Source: an uncultured Verrucomicrobiota bacterium (GTDB lineage: Bacteria; Verrucomicrobiota; Kiritimatiellia; RFP12; UBA1067). From it: a DNA stretch of 64,000 bases. The DNA lies in the NCBI GenBank assembly GCA_946610035.1, contig CAMOCC010000002.1:4254-68253 (forward strand), read 5' to 3'. The position numbers were made by a program, and so were the translations under genes. Positions 43,819 through 53,353 of this stretch are shown one piece after another. A model generated the notes under the pieces. The model saw nothing but the letters and a program-made list of their open reading frames with translations. It was not told where the DNA came from and did not search any database. The first letter of the stretch is position 1; every line of letters starts with the position of its first letter.

Positions 43819-44904
43819 GTGTACAAGAAACGCTGCATTGTCACCGGCGCGGCCGGGTTCATCGGCTCGGCCCTTGCGAGGCTGCTCATAAAGGAGACCG
43901 GCGCCACGGTCCTCGTCGTCGACAAGCTCACGTACGCGGGCGTCCCCGAGTCGCTGAAGGAGGTCGGCCTCGACCCCGAGACGCTCAAGTCGTCCAATCC
44001 CCGGCTTTCATTCCTCAAGGCGGACATCTGCGACCAGGCCGCGATGGACTGTGCGTTCGCCGAGTTCAAGCCCGATACGATCTTCCACCTCGCCGCCGAG
44101 TCGCACGTCGACCGCTCGATCGACGGACCGGGCGAGTTCATCCGCACGAACGTGACCGGCACCGCGACGCTCCTCCAGGCCGCCCTCAAGTACTGGAAGT
44201 CGCTCGACGACAGGGCGAAGGCGGCGTTCAGGTTCCAGCACATTTCGACGGACGAGGTGTACGGCACGCTGGGCGAGACCGGGTTCTTCACCGAGAAGAC
44301 GCCCTATTCGCCCCATTCGCCGTACTCGGCGTCGAAGGCTTCGAGCGACCACCTCGTCCGCGCCTGGCACGACACGTACGCGCTCCCGACGCTCATCACG
44401 AACTGCTCGAACAACTACGGCCCCTACCACTTCCCCGAGAAGCTGATACCGCTCATCATCCTCAACTGCCTGGACGGCAAGCCCCTGCCCGTGTACGGCA
44501 AGGGCGCGAACGTCCGCGACTGGCTCTACGTCGAGGACCATGCGCGCGCGCTCCTGCTTGTGAACGAGAAGGGCGCCCCCGGCGAGACGTACAACGTCGG
44601 CGGACACAACGAGCGCACCAACCTGGAGGTCGTCAGGACCGTGTGCGCAATCCTGGACGAGCTCAGGCCGCGCGGGAACGGCGCGAAGTACGATTCCCTC
44701 ATCACATTCGTGAAGGACCGCCCAGGGCACGACCTCCGCTACGCGATCGACCCCGCGAAGCTCATGGGCGAACTCGGCTGGAAGCCGCGCGAGAATTTCG
44801 AGACTGGCATCAGGAAGACCGTCCAGTGGTATCTCGACAACGAATGGTGGTGGGGCCCGATCCACTCCGGACGCTACACAGGCGAGCGGCTGGGGAGAGG
44901 GTGA
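43819..44904 (+). CDS. rfbB: dTDP-glucose 4,6-dehydratase
   Basis: [45 protein letters not shown], and the C-terminal WYLDNEWWW. Confidence 0.92.
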   Translation: MYKKRCIVTGAAGFIGSALARLLIKETGATVLVVDKLTYAGVPESLKEVGLDPETLKSSNPRLSFLKADICDQAAMDCAFAEFKPDTIFHLAAESHVDRSIDGPGEFIRTNVTGTATLLQAALKYWKSLDDRAKAAFRFQHISTDEVYGTLGETGFFTEKTPYSPHSPYSASKASSDHLVRAWHDTYALPTLITNCSNNYGPYHFPEKLIPLIILNCLDGKPLPVYGKGANVRDWLYVEDHARALLLVNEKGAPGETYNVGGHNERTNLEVVRTVCAILDELRPRGNGAKYDSLITFVKDRPGHDLRYAIDPAKLMGELGWKPRENFETGIRKTVQWYLDNEWWWGPIHSGRYTGERLGRG

Positions 44905-45932
44905 GGACCGCGCTTCTACACTACTGGCTTACAAACAGGCGCGGAGGGGAGCAGGTCCTCTCCGCGCTCGGACGCCTTCTGCCCGGCGCGGACGTCTTCA
45001 CGCACGCCTTCGGGCCCGCAATGCGCGAGGAGGGGCGTCCCGGGACGTGGGAGGGACACGAGGTCCGCGAGACGTTCATCGCCTCCCTCCCGCTGGGACG
45101 CCGCCATCCGCAGGCGTACCTCCCGCTCATGCCCGCGGCCTCGCGCCGACTGGACCTCTCCGGCTACGACTTGATAGTCTCAAGCGAGTCCGGTCCCGTA
45201 AAGGGCGTGCGCAAGCCCTCCGGCGCGCGCCACGTCTGCTACTGCCACACGCCGATGCGCTACCTGTGGGACATGTACGACGATTACTACCGCGATGCGG
45301 GGGTGGCGGGGAGGCTCGCCATGAGGCTCTTCACGCCGTATCTGAGGCGGGCGGACCTCGCGAGCGCGGAGTCCGTGGACCAGTTCGTCGCCAACAGCGC
45401 CTTCGTCGCGGAGCGCATCAAGCGGATATACGGACGCGGTTCGACCGTAGTGCATCCGCCCGTGGACACAGACTTCTACGGCGCGGCGGAGAGGTCTGAC
45501 GGCGGCTACTACCTCTTCGCCGGCGCGAACGTTAAGTACAAGCGGCTGGACCTTGCGCAGGCCGCCTGCGAGCGCATGGGGCGGCGGCTCGTCGTCGCGG
45601 GAGGCGGCGGGTTCTCGCGCGGGGACATGCGGCGTGCGTATGCGGGCGCGAAGGCGCTCCTCTTCCCCGGGATTGAGGATTTCGGCATCGTCCCCGTCGA
45701 GGCGCAGGCCGCCGGCGCGCCTGTGGTCGCCTATGGCGCGGGAGGTGCGCTGGAGACCGTCCAGGACGGCGTCACGGGCCTTTTCTTCCGCGAGCAGTCC
45801 GTCGAAGGGCTCTGCGCCGCAATAGAGGAGTTCGAGGGCCGCAAGTGGGAACCGTCCGCCTGCCGCGCGAACGCCGCGCGCTTCTCCGCCGCCGAGTTCG
45901 ACCGGCGAATGGCTCCGCTGCTCCGTCCCTGA
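44901..45932 (+). CDS. glycosyltransferase family 4 protein
   Basis: I place the start at GTG 44901 (GTGA overlap). ..[29 protein letters not shown]. Confidence 0.72.
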   Translation: MRTALLHYWLTNRRGGEQVLSALGRLLPGADVFTHAFGPAMREEGRPGTWEGHEVRETFIASLPLGRRHPQAYLPLMPAASRRLDLSGYDLIVSSESGPVKGVRKPSGARHVCYCHTPMRYLWDMYDDYYRDAGVAGRLAMRLFTPYLRRADLASAESVDQFVANSAFVAERIKRIYGRGSTVVHPPVDTDFYGAAERSDGGYYLFAGANVKYKRLDLAQAACERMGRRLVVAGGGGFSRGDMRRAYAGAKALLFPGIEDFGIVPVEAQAAGAPVVAYGAGGALETVQDGVTGLFFREQSVEGLCAAIEEFEGRKWEPSACRANAARFSAAEFDRRMAPLLRP

Positions 45933-45985
45933 CGTCGCCGCCATGCCCCCCGCCGCGGTCGATTTCCATTTCAATACTTCACACC

Positions 45986-46014
45986 TTGTCCGTCGGGACG
46001 GGATGTGGTAAAAT
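45986..46014 (+). promoter_or_regulatory. promoter TTGTCC-N17-TAAAAT with TGG extension
   Basis: TTGTCC at 45986-91 and TGGTAAAAT at 46006-14. Confidence 0.5.
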
Positions 46015-46068
46015 ACTCATCGGCCGGAAAACCGGCGTAAAACAGGACTAGCACGGTCAATCGAGCTT

Positions 46069-46722
46069 GTGATGAAGATAGAGATACTGCCATCGCTTCT
46101 CGCGGCGGACTACGGAAGGTTCGCGGACGAGATACGGCGCGCCGAGGATTCGGGCGCGGACGCGCTGCACATAGACATAATGGACCCGACGTTCGTGCCG
46201 AACATGTCGTTCGGGCCGGACATCGTGGCGCTTGCGCGCCGCGTCGCGCCGGGGTTCTACCGGAACGTCCACCTCATGATGAACCGTCCCGACCTCTACC
46301 TGGAGGCATTCGCCAGGGCGGGCGCGCAGACCCTGCAGATACACATCGAGTCCGACTGCGACCTCCACACCGAGCTCGCCCGCATCCGCGCCATGGGCCT
46401 CAAGGCGGCCATCGTCCTCAACCCCGAAACGCCAGTCGAACGGCTCGCCCCGTACCTCGGCGAAATCGACGAGGCGCTCGTAATGACCGTCCACCCCGGC
46501 TACGGCGGACAGAAGTTCATCACCGACTGCCTGCCGAAGCTTTCGTGGCTCAGGGCGCGCGCGCCGGGACTCGACATCATGATCGACGGCGGCGCGAACG
46601 CCGAGACGATCCCGCAGGCGTTCGCCGCCGGCGCGAACCAGTTCGTCGCGGGAAGCCACCTCTTCGGCAAGGCGGACATGAAGTCGGAGGTGGCGCGTCT
46701 TCGGCGTCAGCTCGCAGGTTGA
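46069..46722 (+). CDS. rpe: ribulose-phosphate 3-epimerase
   Basis: ILPSLLAADYG.., ALHIDIMDPTFVPNMSFGP, MTVHPGYGGQKF, IDGGAN. Confidence 0.92.
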   Translation: MMKIEILPSLLAADYGRFADEIRRAEDSGADALHIDIMDPTFVPNMSFGPDIVALARRVAPGFYRNVHLMMNRPDLYLEAFARAGAQTLQIHIESDCDLHTELARIRAMGLKAAIVLNPETPVERLAPYLGEIDEALVMTVHPGYGGQKFITDCLPKLSWLRARAPGLDIMIDGGANAETIPQAFAAGANQFVAGSHLFGKADMKSEVARLRRQLAG

Positions 46723-46739
46723 AGCCCGAAAGGAGAAGA

Positions 46740-47261
46740 ATGCAGAGAAAGATACTCCTTTGCGTAACAGGCTCCATCGCCGCCTACAAGGCGGCGGAGC
46801 TGGTCCGCCTCGCAGTCAGGGCGGGGGACGAGGTGAAGGTCGTCATGACGCCCGCCGCATGCGAGTTCGTGACGCCGCTCACCTTCCAGACACTTTCAAG
46901 GAACCCCGTGGCCGTCGACCAGTTCAAGCCGCCGGCGCAGTGGCGCCCCGAGCACATCGCGCTTGCGGAGTGGGCCGACGTCGCAGTCGTCGCCCCGGCG
47001 ACGGCCAACACGATCGCGAAGATGCGCTTCGGGATTGCGGACAACCTGCTCACGTCGACCCTGCTCGCCACCAGGGCGTCCGTAGTCGTCGCCCCCGCGA
47101 TGAACGACGCCATGTTCGAGGCGGCGGCAACGCAGGAGAACCTGGCGGCGCTGCGCGCACGCGGCGTGAAGGTCGTCGAGCCCGGGAGCGGGGAGCTTGC
47201 GTGCGGGACGTCGGGTCGCGGACGCATGGCCGAGCCCGAAGAGGTGTTCAAGGCGCTATGA
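46740..47261 (+). CDS. coaC: phosphopantothenoylcysteine decarboxylase-type flavoprotein (stand-alone CoaC domain)
   Basis: ILLCVTGSIAAYKAAEL, APATANTIAKMRFGIADNLL, APAMNDAM, LACGTSGRGRMAEP. At 173 aa it has no CoaB half. Confidence 0.8.
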   Translation: MQRKILLCVTGSIAAYKAAELVRLAVRAGDEVKVVMTPAACEFVTPLTFQTLSRNPVAVDQFKPPAQWRPEHIALAEWADVAVVAPATANTIAKMRFGIADNLLTSTLLATRASVVVAPAMNDAMFEAAATQENLAALRARGVKVVEPGSGELACGTSGRGRMAEPEEVFKAL

Positions 47262-48010
47262 AGACCGTCGTCGTAATACCCACGTACAACGAGAGGGAGA
47301 ACGTCGTCCGGATGGCGGAGGCGGTCCTCGCCAATGCCGACAGCGCGCTCGGGCGCGAGCTGGAGCTTCTTTTCGTGGACGACAACTCGCCGGACGGCAC
47401 GGGTTCGCTTGTCGACGGCATGGCCGCCGGGAATCCGCTCGTCCACTGCCTCCACAGGGAGCGGAAGGAGGGGCTCGGGAGGGCGTACGTCGCCGGGTTC
47501 AGGCGCGCGCTGGAGCTGGGGGCGGACCTCGTGGTCCAGATGGACTGCGACTTCTCGCACGACCCCAAGGACCTCCCCCGCCTCATAGCCGCGGCGTCCG
47601 CGCCGTCCCAGGACGCGAACGCACCGCGCCTCGTGATCGGTTCGCGCTACGTGAAGGGCGGCGCGACACCAGGCTGGCCGTTCAGGCGCAGGCTCATATC
47701 GAGGCTCGGCGGGATGTTCATCCGCACCGTAACCGGGATGCCGATAAAGGATCCGACGGGCGGCTTCAAGTGCTGGACGAGGTCCGCCCTCGAGGCGATC
47801 GACCTCGACACGGTGGAGAGCTCGGGCTACTCCTTCCAGCTGGAGATGAACCACCGCTCGTGGCGGCGCGGCTTCGCGATATCGGAGCTGCCGATCGTCT
47901 TCACGGACCGCGCAGCCGGCTATTCCAAGATAACGCCCGGCATCGCCGTCGAATCCGTCAAGATCGCACTGAGGCTTAGCAGGATTGCGCGCCGCGGCCG
48001 GATTTGGTAA
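47258..48010 (+). CDS. polyprenol-phosphate mannose synthase-like GT2 (Ppm1/DPM1 family)
   Basis: I place the start at ATG 47258 (ATGA overlap). VVIPTYNERENV, FVDDNSPDGT, DCDFSHDP, KDPTGGFKCW. Confidence 0.8.
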   Translation: MKTVVVIPTYNERENVVRMAEAVLANADSALGRELELLFVDDNSPDGTGSLVDGMAAGNPLVHCLHRERKEGLGRAYVAGFRRALELGADLVVQMDCDFSHDPKDLPRLIAAASAPSQDANAPRLVIGSRYVKGGATPGWPFRRRLISRLGGMFIRTVTGMPIKDPTGGFKCWTRSALEAIDLDTVESSGYSFQLEMNHRSWRRGFAISELPIVFTDRAAGYSKITPGIAVESVKIALRLSRIARRGRIW

Positions 48011-48013
48011 AAT
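47985..48013 (+). promoter_or_regulatory. promoter TTGCGC-N17-TAAAAT with TGG extension, embedded in the 3' end of the preceding gene
   Basis: TTGCGC at 47985-90 and TGGTAAAAT at 48005-13. ATG 48021 is 7 nt downstream. Confidence 0.5.
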
Positions 48014-48020
48014 GGAAGGC

Positions 48021-49505
48021 ATGGAAGAGCAGACGGAGGAGTGTCCGAAGAAGGTGCCGGGGCCGGCGAAGCGGGGCGGATGGCGGCGACGCAAATGGTG
48101 GGTCGTCGCCTTCATCGCCGCCGTATTGTTCTTTGCGTCCGCGCCGCTCACCGAGATTGCCGTCGAACATGTGCTGAAGTCGAAGCTTAACGACCCCGAG
48201 AAGGGGCTTTCGTGCCGCGAGGTGTCGATGAACGGCTTCGGATACCTCAAGCTCCTCTTCAAGCGCGACCCCGGGAGGGTGGACATCAGGGGGCTCAGGT
48301 ACTCGCTCGAGGCCATGCTGCCGGACGGCGGAATCCTCGAGAGCCGCGAGGCGGAGGTCGACGTGACGCTGAAGCGGCGCGAGATGGCCCCGGCGGGACG
48401 CCTCAGCCTGTCCGTGAAGGGGCGCGCCTTCGACTGGCCGCTCACGGCGTCGGGTACTATCGACCTGTCGTGGTCCAACCTCGTCACCGCCGCAGGATCC
48501 GTCCGCGCCGAGCTCTCGGACCTCGACGGCGGCTCGCCGTATGCGGTAACGGCCGACTTCTCCGCGTCGCCGTCCGCCTGGCGCGCAGATGCGCGAATCG
48601 CGGAGTTCGAGCTCTCGTCCGAAGACCCTGTCGCCGGACGGCTCGTGTCGCGCCTCGATGCGCCGGCCGTCTCGAACCTCGTCTTCAACGGACGCGTCAA
48701 GCTGGACGTCTCGGCGCAGAAGACGGAGGAGGTCCCCGTCATCGCGTGGACCCTCCGTGCGCCGATGCGAGGATTCAACGCGAAGCTCGACCTCGCGGGC
48801 GCGCCGTTCGAGCTTTCGGGCGCAAGCGTCATGCTCGGCGCCTCGGGGATTGCGAACCACCTGGATGTCGAGCCCGTGCGACTTTACATGCGCGCGCTGG
48901 AGACGTCCGGCTTCGCGCTCACGAACGCCTACGCCAGCCTTCGCAACGAGGGACGCACCCTGGTCGTGTCCGAGGCCGGCGCGGGATGCTGCGGAGGGAC
49001 GGTAAAGCTGTATTCGCTGTCGCTCGACCCCGAAAGGCTCAACGCCGGCTTCACGCTCTTCCTTGACGACATAGACGCCGGCGAGGCGCTCTCGCACCTG
49101 AACGGATTTCGGGGGACGGCCACCGGACGACTCCACGGCAAGCTGCCGCTGTCGGTCCGCGGCGGCACGCGGATCAGGCTGCGCGATGCGTTCCTCTACT
49201 CCACGCCTGGCGAGACCGGCAACCTCAAGATGTGGGATTCGTCGCTCATAACGGACAACCTGCGATTGGGAGGCGTACCGGAGGAGACGTGCGGCAACCT
49301 CGAGAATGCGCTCTCGAACCTCGACTACACCACGCTCAAGCTGAAGTTCGCCAACGAGGCGGACGGGGATGCGCTCTTGACGATGAAGCTGGCGGGGACC
49401 GCAACGCGCGGACAGCTGACCGTCCCCGTGGACATAACGGTCAACTTCCGCGGCGCGATAGAGCAGATACTCAACTTGGGCCTCAAGACCGCGTCGCAGC
49501 TGTGA
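48021..49505 (+). CDS. YdbH-like AsmA-family envelope protein (N-terminal TM anchor, DctA-YdbH C-terminal region)
   Basis: KWWVVAFIAAVLFF anchor. C-terminal ..HGKLPLSV..STPGETGNLKM..NLDYTTLKLKF..TMKLAGTA..VPVDITVNFRG. The track ORF starts at 47985; I prefer 48021 because of the promoter position. Confidence 0.68.
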   Translation: MEEQTEECPKKVPGPAKRGGWRRRKWWVVAFIAAVLFFASAPLTEIAVEHVLKSKLNDPEKGLSCREVSMNGFGYLKLLFKRDPGRVDIRGLRYSLEAMLPDGGILESREAEVDVTLKRREMAPAGRLSLSVKGRAFDWPLTASGTIDLSWSNLVTAAGSVRAELSDLDGGSPYAVTADFSASPSAWRADARIAEFELSSEDPVAGRLVSRLDAPAVSNLVFNGRVKLDVSAQKTEEVPVIAWTLRAPMRGFNAKLDLAGAPFELSGASVMLGASGIANHLDVEPVRLYMRALETSGFALTNAYASLRNEGRTLVVSEAGAGCCGGTVKLYSLSLDPERLNAGFTLFLDDIDAGEALSHLNGFRGTATGRLHGKLPLSVRGGTRIRLRDAFLYSTPGETGNLKMWDSSLITDNLRLGGVPEETCGNLENALSNLDYTTLKLKFANEADGDALLTMKLAGTATRGQLTVPVDITVNFRGAIEQILNLGLKTASQL

Positions 49506-49544
49506 TTTCTGATAGGGACAACAAGGACTTAAGGAGGAAAGAAG

Positions 49545-49988
49545 ATGAAACAGATGATTCCGGCAGTAGCGCTTCTCGCCGCCTTCGCGGCGGGATGCAT
49601 AAACGTCAAGACCGAGAGCGAGGTGAAACCCATCCACATCACGCTCGACGTCAACCTAAAGGTGGACAAGGAGCTCGACAAGTCCTTTGCGGACGAGACG
49701 CGCCCGAAGCCGACGGGCAACTTCAAGGCCGTCCGGGAGATGATGGACCGCGGCGCGGCCGGCTTCACCAAGGACGCCCTCCTTGAGGCGCGCGAGGGCG
49801 CGACCGACGACGACAGGATCCTCGTCGCCGAGGAGAACGTCCGCCACCAGAAGCGCTACGAGGAGATCGCCAAGTCCAGCGGCGTCGCCGTGGACGCGGT
49901 CCGCCGCCGCCGCGCAAAGCAGCTTCGCGAGCGCATCCCCGCCGGCACCTGGTACCAGGAGGACGACGGCGCCTGGAAGAGGAAGTAG
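49545..49988 (+). CDS. lipoprotein fusing a YnbE-like N-terminal segment to a YdbL-like (DUF1318) C-terminal domain
   Basis: Lipobox FAAGC plus KPIHITLDVNLKVDKEL (YnbE-like). Then ..LVAEENVRHQKRYEEIAK..GTWYQEDDGAWKRK (DUF1318-like). Confidence 0.62.
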   Translation: MKQMIPAVALLAAFAAGCINVKTESEVKPIHITLDVNLKVDKELDKSFADETRPKPTGNFKAVREMMDRGAAGFTKDALLEAREGATDDDRILVAEENVRHQKRYEEIAKSSGVAVDAVRRRRAKQLRERIPAGTWYQEDDGAWKRK

Positions 49989-50073
49989 GGGAGAAGCGGG
50001 ATTCGCGGTGGATTCCGGCGCGCGAGGCGAGCGCCGCCACGGAGAAGAATTTCGCCCGCTGAGGGCGGTTATA

Positions 50074-50082
50074 TGGTACAAT
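50074..50082 (+). promoter_or_regulatory. extended -10 element TGGTACAAT, 7 nt upstream of ATG 50090
   Basis: Read directly. Confidence 0.45.
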
Positions 50083-50089
50083 ATTGCCA

Positions 50090-50884
50090 ATGCTACTTGA
50101 AATAGACGATTTGAGCGTTTCGTACAGGAACGACGAAGGGGAGGTGAACCCCGCCGCCATCGACGTGAATCTCACGCTCGACCGCGGCCAGGTCCTCGGC
50201 ATCGTGGGCGAATCCGGGAGCGGCAAGTCGACCGTCTCCATGAGCGTCGCGCGGCTCCTGCCGAGTCCGCCCGCATTCTATCCGAAGGGCCGCATCCTCT
50301 TCGACGGGACGGACATGCTGCGGCTTCCGCTGCCGGAGCTGAGGAAGATACGCGGCAAGCGCATCGGCGTCATCTTCCAGGACCCGATGGGCTCGCTCTC
50401 GCCCCTCCACCGCATCGGCGACCAGCTCGTCGAGACCGTGCTGCTCCACGAGAGGATGTCCGGGAAGGCCGCCCGCGCGCTCGCCCTCGAATGGCTGGGC
50501 AAGGTCGGCATACCGGACCCGGCGGTGCGCGAGCGCGCATACCCGCACGAGCTCTCGGGCGGCATGCAGCAGCGCGTCATGATTGCAATGGGGCTCATGC
50601 TCGGCCCCGACCTCGTGATCGCCGACGAGCCGACGACGGCGCTCGACGTGACCATCCAGGCGCAGGTCCTCCGGCTCATGCGCGAACTGCACAAGGCGAA
50701 CTCCGGCGTCCTCCTCATCACACACGACCTGGGCGTCGTCTCGCAGATGGCGACGAAGCTCGCAGTCATGAAGGACGGACGCGTCATCGAGACGGCGGAC
50801 GACCCGGCGGCGTTCTTCGCCGGGCCCAAGCACCCGTATTCGCAGGGACTCGTCCGCGAAGCTCGCAGAATGGAGCTTAAATGA
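50090..50884 (+). CDS. ABC transporter ATP-binding protein (DppD/OppD-like), no adjacent permease
   Basis: GESGSGKST, FQDPMGSLSP, LSGGMQQRVMIA, VIADEPTTALD. The track ORF starts at TTG 50084. Confidence 0.82.
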   Translation: MLLEIDDLSVSYRNDEGEVNPAAIDVNLTLDRGQVLGIVGESGSGKSTVSMSVARLLPSPPAFYPKGRILFDGTDMLRLPLPELRKIRGKRIGVIFQDPMGSLSPLHRIGDQLVETVLLHERMSGKAARALALEWLGKVGIPDPAVRERAYPHELSGGMQQRVMIAMGLMLGPDLVIADEPTTALDVTIQAQVLRLMRELHKANSGVLLITHDLGVVSQMATKLAVMKDGRVIETADDPAAFFAGPKHPYSQGLVREARRMELK

Positions 50885-51537
50885 AGAGGATAGGAATCAT
50901 CGGAGCGGGCCGTTTCGGCCTCGCGCTTGCGGAGTCGCTGTCCAACGCGGGGCTCGAGGTGATACTGATCGACCGCAACCGGCCGGCGATGCAGAACGCG
51001 AGCGAGTTCGCGACGGCGCTCCAGGGCGACGCGACCCAGCCGCACGTCCTCGAGGAGGCCGGGTTCAGCGAGTGCGACCTCGCGGTCGTCGCGATCGGCA
51101 GCAACATCGAGGCGTCGATGATGGCGACGGCGAACTGCAAGGAGCTCGGGATACCGAACGTCGTCTCGAAGGCGACGAGCGAACTCCACGGCAAGATACT
51201 GCGCCGGATCGGAGCGGACAGCGTCATCTATCCGGACCGCGACAGCGCTAACCGCCTCGCGCGCGCAATCGCGAACCACAACGTCGTCGACTTCCTGGAG
51301 GTCTCGGACGGCTACTCGATAGCGGAGATACCAGTACCGCCGGATACCGCGGGCAAGTCGCTCGCCGAGAGCAACTTCCGCGTGACGACGGGCCTCTCGG
51401 TCCTGTGCGTCCGCCGCGCCAACGAGGATCCGTCCAAGCCGCGCAAGGTCATAATCCCGCAGGCGAAGGACGTCCTCAGGCTCGACGACAAGCTTATCGT
51501 GTTCGGGGAGACGACGAAACTGGACGAGCTTTCCTGA
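50881..51537 (+). CDS. TrkA/KtrA-type potassium-uptake regulatory protein (RCK N and C domains)
   Basis: IGIIGAGRFGLALAESL... and a C-terminal TrkA_C-like region. ATGA overlap with the ABC ATPase gene. Confidence 0.78.
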   Translation: MKRIGIIGAGRFGLALAESLSNAGLEVILIDRNRPAMQNASEFATALQGDATQPHVLEEAGFSECDLAVVAIGSNIEASMMATANCKELGIPNVVSKATSELHGKILRRIGADSVIYPDRDSANRLARAIANHNVVDFLEVSDGYSIAEIPVPPDTAGKSLAESNFRVTTGLSVLCVRRANEDPSKPRKVIIPQAKDVLRLDDKLIVFGETTKLDELS

Positions 51538-51538
51538 C

Positions 51539-52825
51539 ATGAGCAGACTTCTGATACAGGGCGGGCGGACGGTCGCGGGGACGCACCCGGTCTCCGGCAA
51601 CAAGAACGCAGTCCTGCCGATGATCGCGGCGACGCTCCTCACGCAGGAGCCGGTGACGCTGAGGAACGTCCCCGAGATATCCGACGTCGTCTCCATGCTC
51701 GACGCGGCGAAGACCTTCGGCGCGAAGGTCGTCCGCGACCTCGCGGCCGGGACCGTGACGCTCTCCACGCCCAAGTTGAAGACGGCGAAGATATCGGCGG
51801 AGCTCGCATCGAAGATAAGGACGAGCTTCCTTTTCGCCGGACCCCTCCTTGCGCGCGCGGGCCGCGCCTCGCTTCCGCCTCCGGGCGGCGACGCGATAGG
51901 CCACAGGCGGCTCGACACGCACTTCGCGGGCTTCAAGGCGCTCGGCGCGAAGGCCGTCGCCGGGCGGAAGACGCTCCGCTTCAAGGGCGAGCTGAAGGGC
52001 GCGCGGATACTCCTCGACGAGGCGAGCGTCACGGCGACCGAGAACATCCTCATGGCGGCGGTCCTCGCGAAGGGGCGGACGGAGATATACAATGCGGCGT
52101 CCGAGCCGCACATAGTGGACCTCGCGAACATGCTCGTCTCGATGGGCGCGAAGATCGAGGGCGCGGGCACGAACCGCATACGCGTCGAGGGGGTCGAGTC
52201 GCTGAAGGGCTGCGAGGCGAGGGTCGGCTGCGACTACATCGAGGCGGGGAGCTACATCGCCGCAGCCGCGGTCACGGGAGGGGAGCTCACGCTCACGGGG
52301 ATAGACCCGGAGCCGTTCGAGGTGCTCGCTGGCGCGTTCCGCCGGTTCGGCGTCACATGGACGATCTCCGTCACCGAGAGGACCTTGAAGTACGTCCCGA
52401 AGAAGCGCCTCAAGATGAGGTACGACCTCGGCGACGCCATCCCGTCCGTGGCGGACGGCCCGTGGCCGGCGTTCCCGTCGGACCTGATGTCCATCCTCAT
52501 CGTCCTGGCCACGCAGACGCGCGGGACGTGCCTCTTCTTCGAGAAGATGTTCGAGTCGCGGCTCTACTTCGTGGACAGCCTGCGGCAGATGGGCGCGAAG
52601 ATCGTGCAGTGCGATCCGCACCGCGTCGTTGTGACGGGTCCGTCCCAGCTCTACGCCGGGACGTTCAGTTCGCCCGACATCCGCGCGGGCATATCGCTTG
52701 TAATCGCCGCGCTTGCGGCGAAGGGGGCGTCGACTATCCTCAACGCCGAGGTCGTCGACCGCGGCTACGGCGCCGTGGAGCGCCACCTCTCCGCCCTCGG
52801 CGCGGGCATCGAGCGCGGCAAGTGA
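51539..52825 (+). CDS. murA: UDP-N-acetylglucosamine 1-carboxyvinyltransferase, with Asp at the usual active-site Cys position
   Basis: Full-length MurA-like translation. The loop LPPPGGDAIGHRRLDTH corresponds to LPGGCAIGARPVDLH of E. coli MurA (recalled from memory). Confidence 0.9.
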   Translation: MSRLLIQGGRTVAGTHPVSGNKNAVLPMIAATLLTQEPVTLRNVPEISDVVSMLDAAKTFGAKVVRDLAAGTVTLSTPKLKTAKISAELASKIRTSFLFAGPLLARAGRASLPPPGGDAIGHRRLDTHFAGFKALGAKAVAGRKTLRFKGELKGARILLDEASVTATENILMAAVLAKGRTEIYNAASEPHIVDLANMLVSMGAKIEGAGTNRIRVEGVESLKGCEARVGCDYIEAGSYIAAAAVTGGELTLTGIDPEPFEVLAGAFRRFGVTWTISVTERTLKYVPKKRLKMRYDLGDAIPSVADGPWPAFPSDLMSILIVLATQTRGTCLFFEKMFESRLYFVDSLRQMGAKIVQCDPHRVVVTGPSQLYAGTFSSPDIRAGISLVIAALAAKGASTILNAEVVDRGYGAVERHLSALGAGIERGK

Positions 52826-52845
52826 ACTTTTTTTTAATACCCCCC

Positions 52846-52874
52846 TTGCGCTCGAGCGGCGGATATGATATACT
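52846..52874 (+). promoter_or_regulatory. promoter TTGCGC-N17-TATACT with TGA extension, upstream of the tRNA cluster
   Basis: TTGCGC at 52846-51 and TGATATACT at 52866-74, about 20 nt before the first tRNA. Confidence 0.55.
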
Positions 52875-52893
52875 ATATCTCGTTTTCTGATTT

Positions 52894-52970
52894 GGGGCTG
52901 TAGCTCAACTGGATAGAGCATCAGACTACGAATCTGAGGGTTATGGGTTCGACTCCCGTCAGCCCCGCCA
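52894..52970 (+). tRNA. tRNA-Arg (anticodon ACG)
   Basis: Hand-folded cloverleaf: GGGGCTG acceptor stem, anticodon loop CTACGAA, TTCGACT T-loop, CCA encoded. Confidence 0.92.
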
Positions 52971-52987
52971 TTTCGGAGAATCCAGAT

Positions 52988-53064
<77 letters not shown>

Positions 53065-53099
53065 AAGTCCGTGGAGAACTGGCCCGCGGCGACACACGG

Positions 53100-53176
53100 C
53101 GGACCGTAGCGCAGCCTGGTAGCGCGTTTGCTTGGGGTGCAAAAGGTCACGAGTTCAAATCTCGTCGGTCCGACCA
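53100..53176 (+). tRNA. tRNA-Pro (anticodon GGG)
   Basis: CGGACCG/CGGTCCG acceptor stem, anticodon loop TTGGGGT, CCA encoded. Confidence 0.92.
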
Positions 53177-53237
53177 AAAACGGTAAAGCCGGTGTTGTGC
53201 GTCCGGGTGCGCATGTCGCGCCCGAGAGCTGAAGCAC

Positions 53238-53311
53238 GGTGGGATGGCCGAGCGGTTAGGTAGCGGACTGCAAATCCGCTTACAGCGGTTCAACTCCGCT
53301 TCCCACCTCCA
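53238..53311 (+). tRNA. tRNA-Cys (anticodon GCA)
   Basis: GGTGGGA/TCCCACC acceptor stem, anticodon loop CTGCAAA, T discriminator base, CCA encoded; 74 nt. Confidence 0.9.
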
Positions 53312-53353
53312 ATTTTCCCCCCCCCCTTGAATCCACATTTCCCGAACTTGCTT

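Noticed and set aside
50053-50070. Short hairpin cgccc-gctga-gggcg after the YnbE/YdbL-like gene, as an intrinsic terminator.
   Set aside because: The stem is only 5 bp and the following T-tract (gttatat) is poor. That is too weak to call.
53317-53326. C10 homopolymer between tRNA-Cys and the 3' end of pdxR, as a possible phase-variation tract.
   Set aside because: It lies between convergent 3' ends, not in a promoter or coding region. It is more likely neutral, or part of a transcript end.
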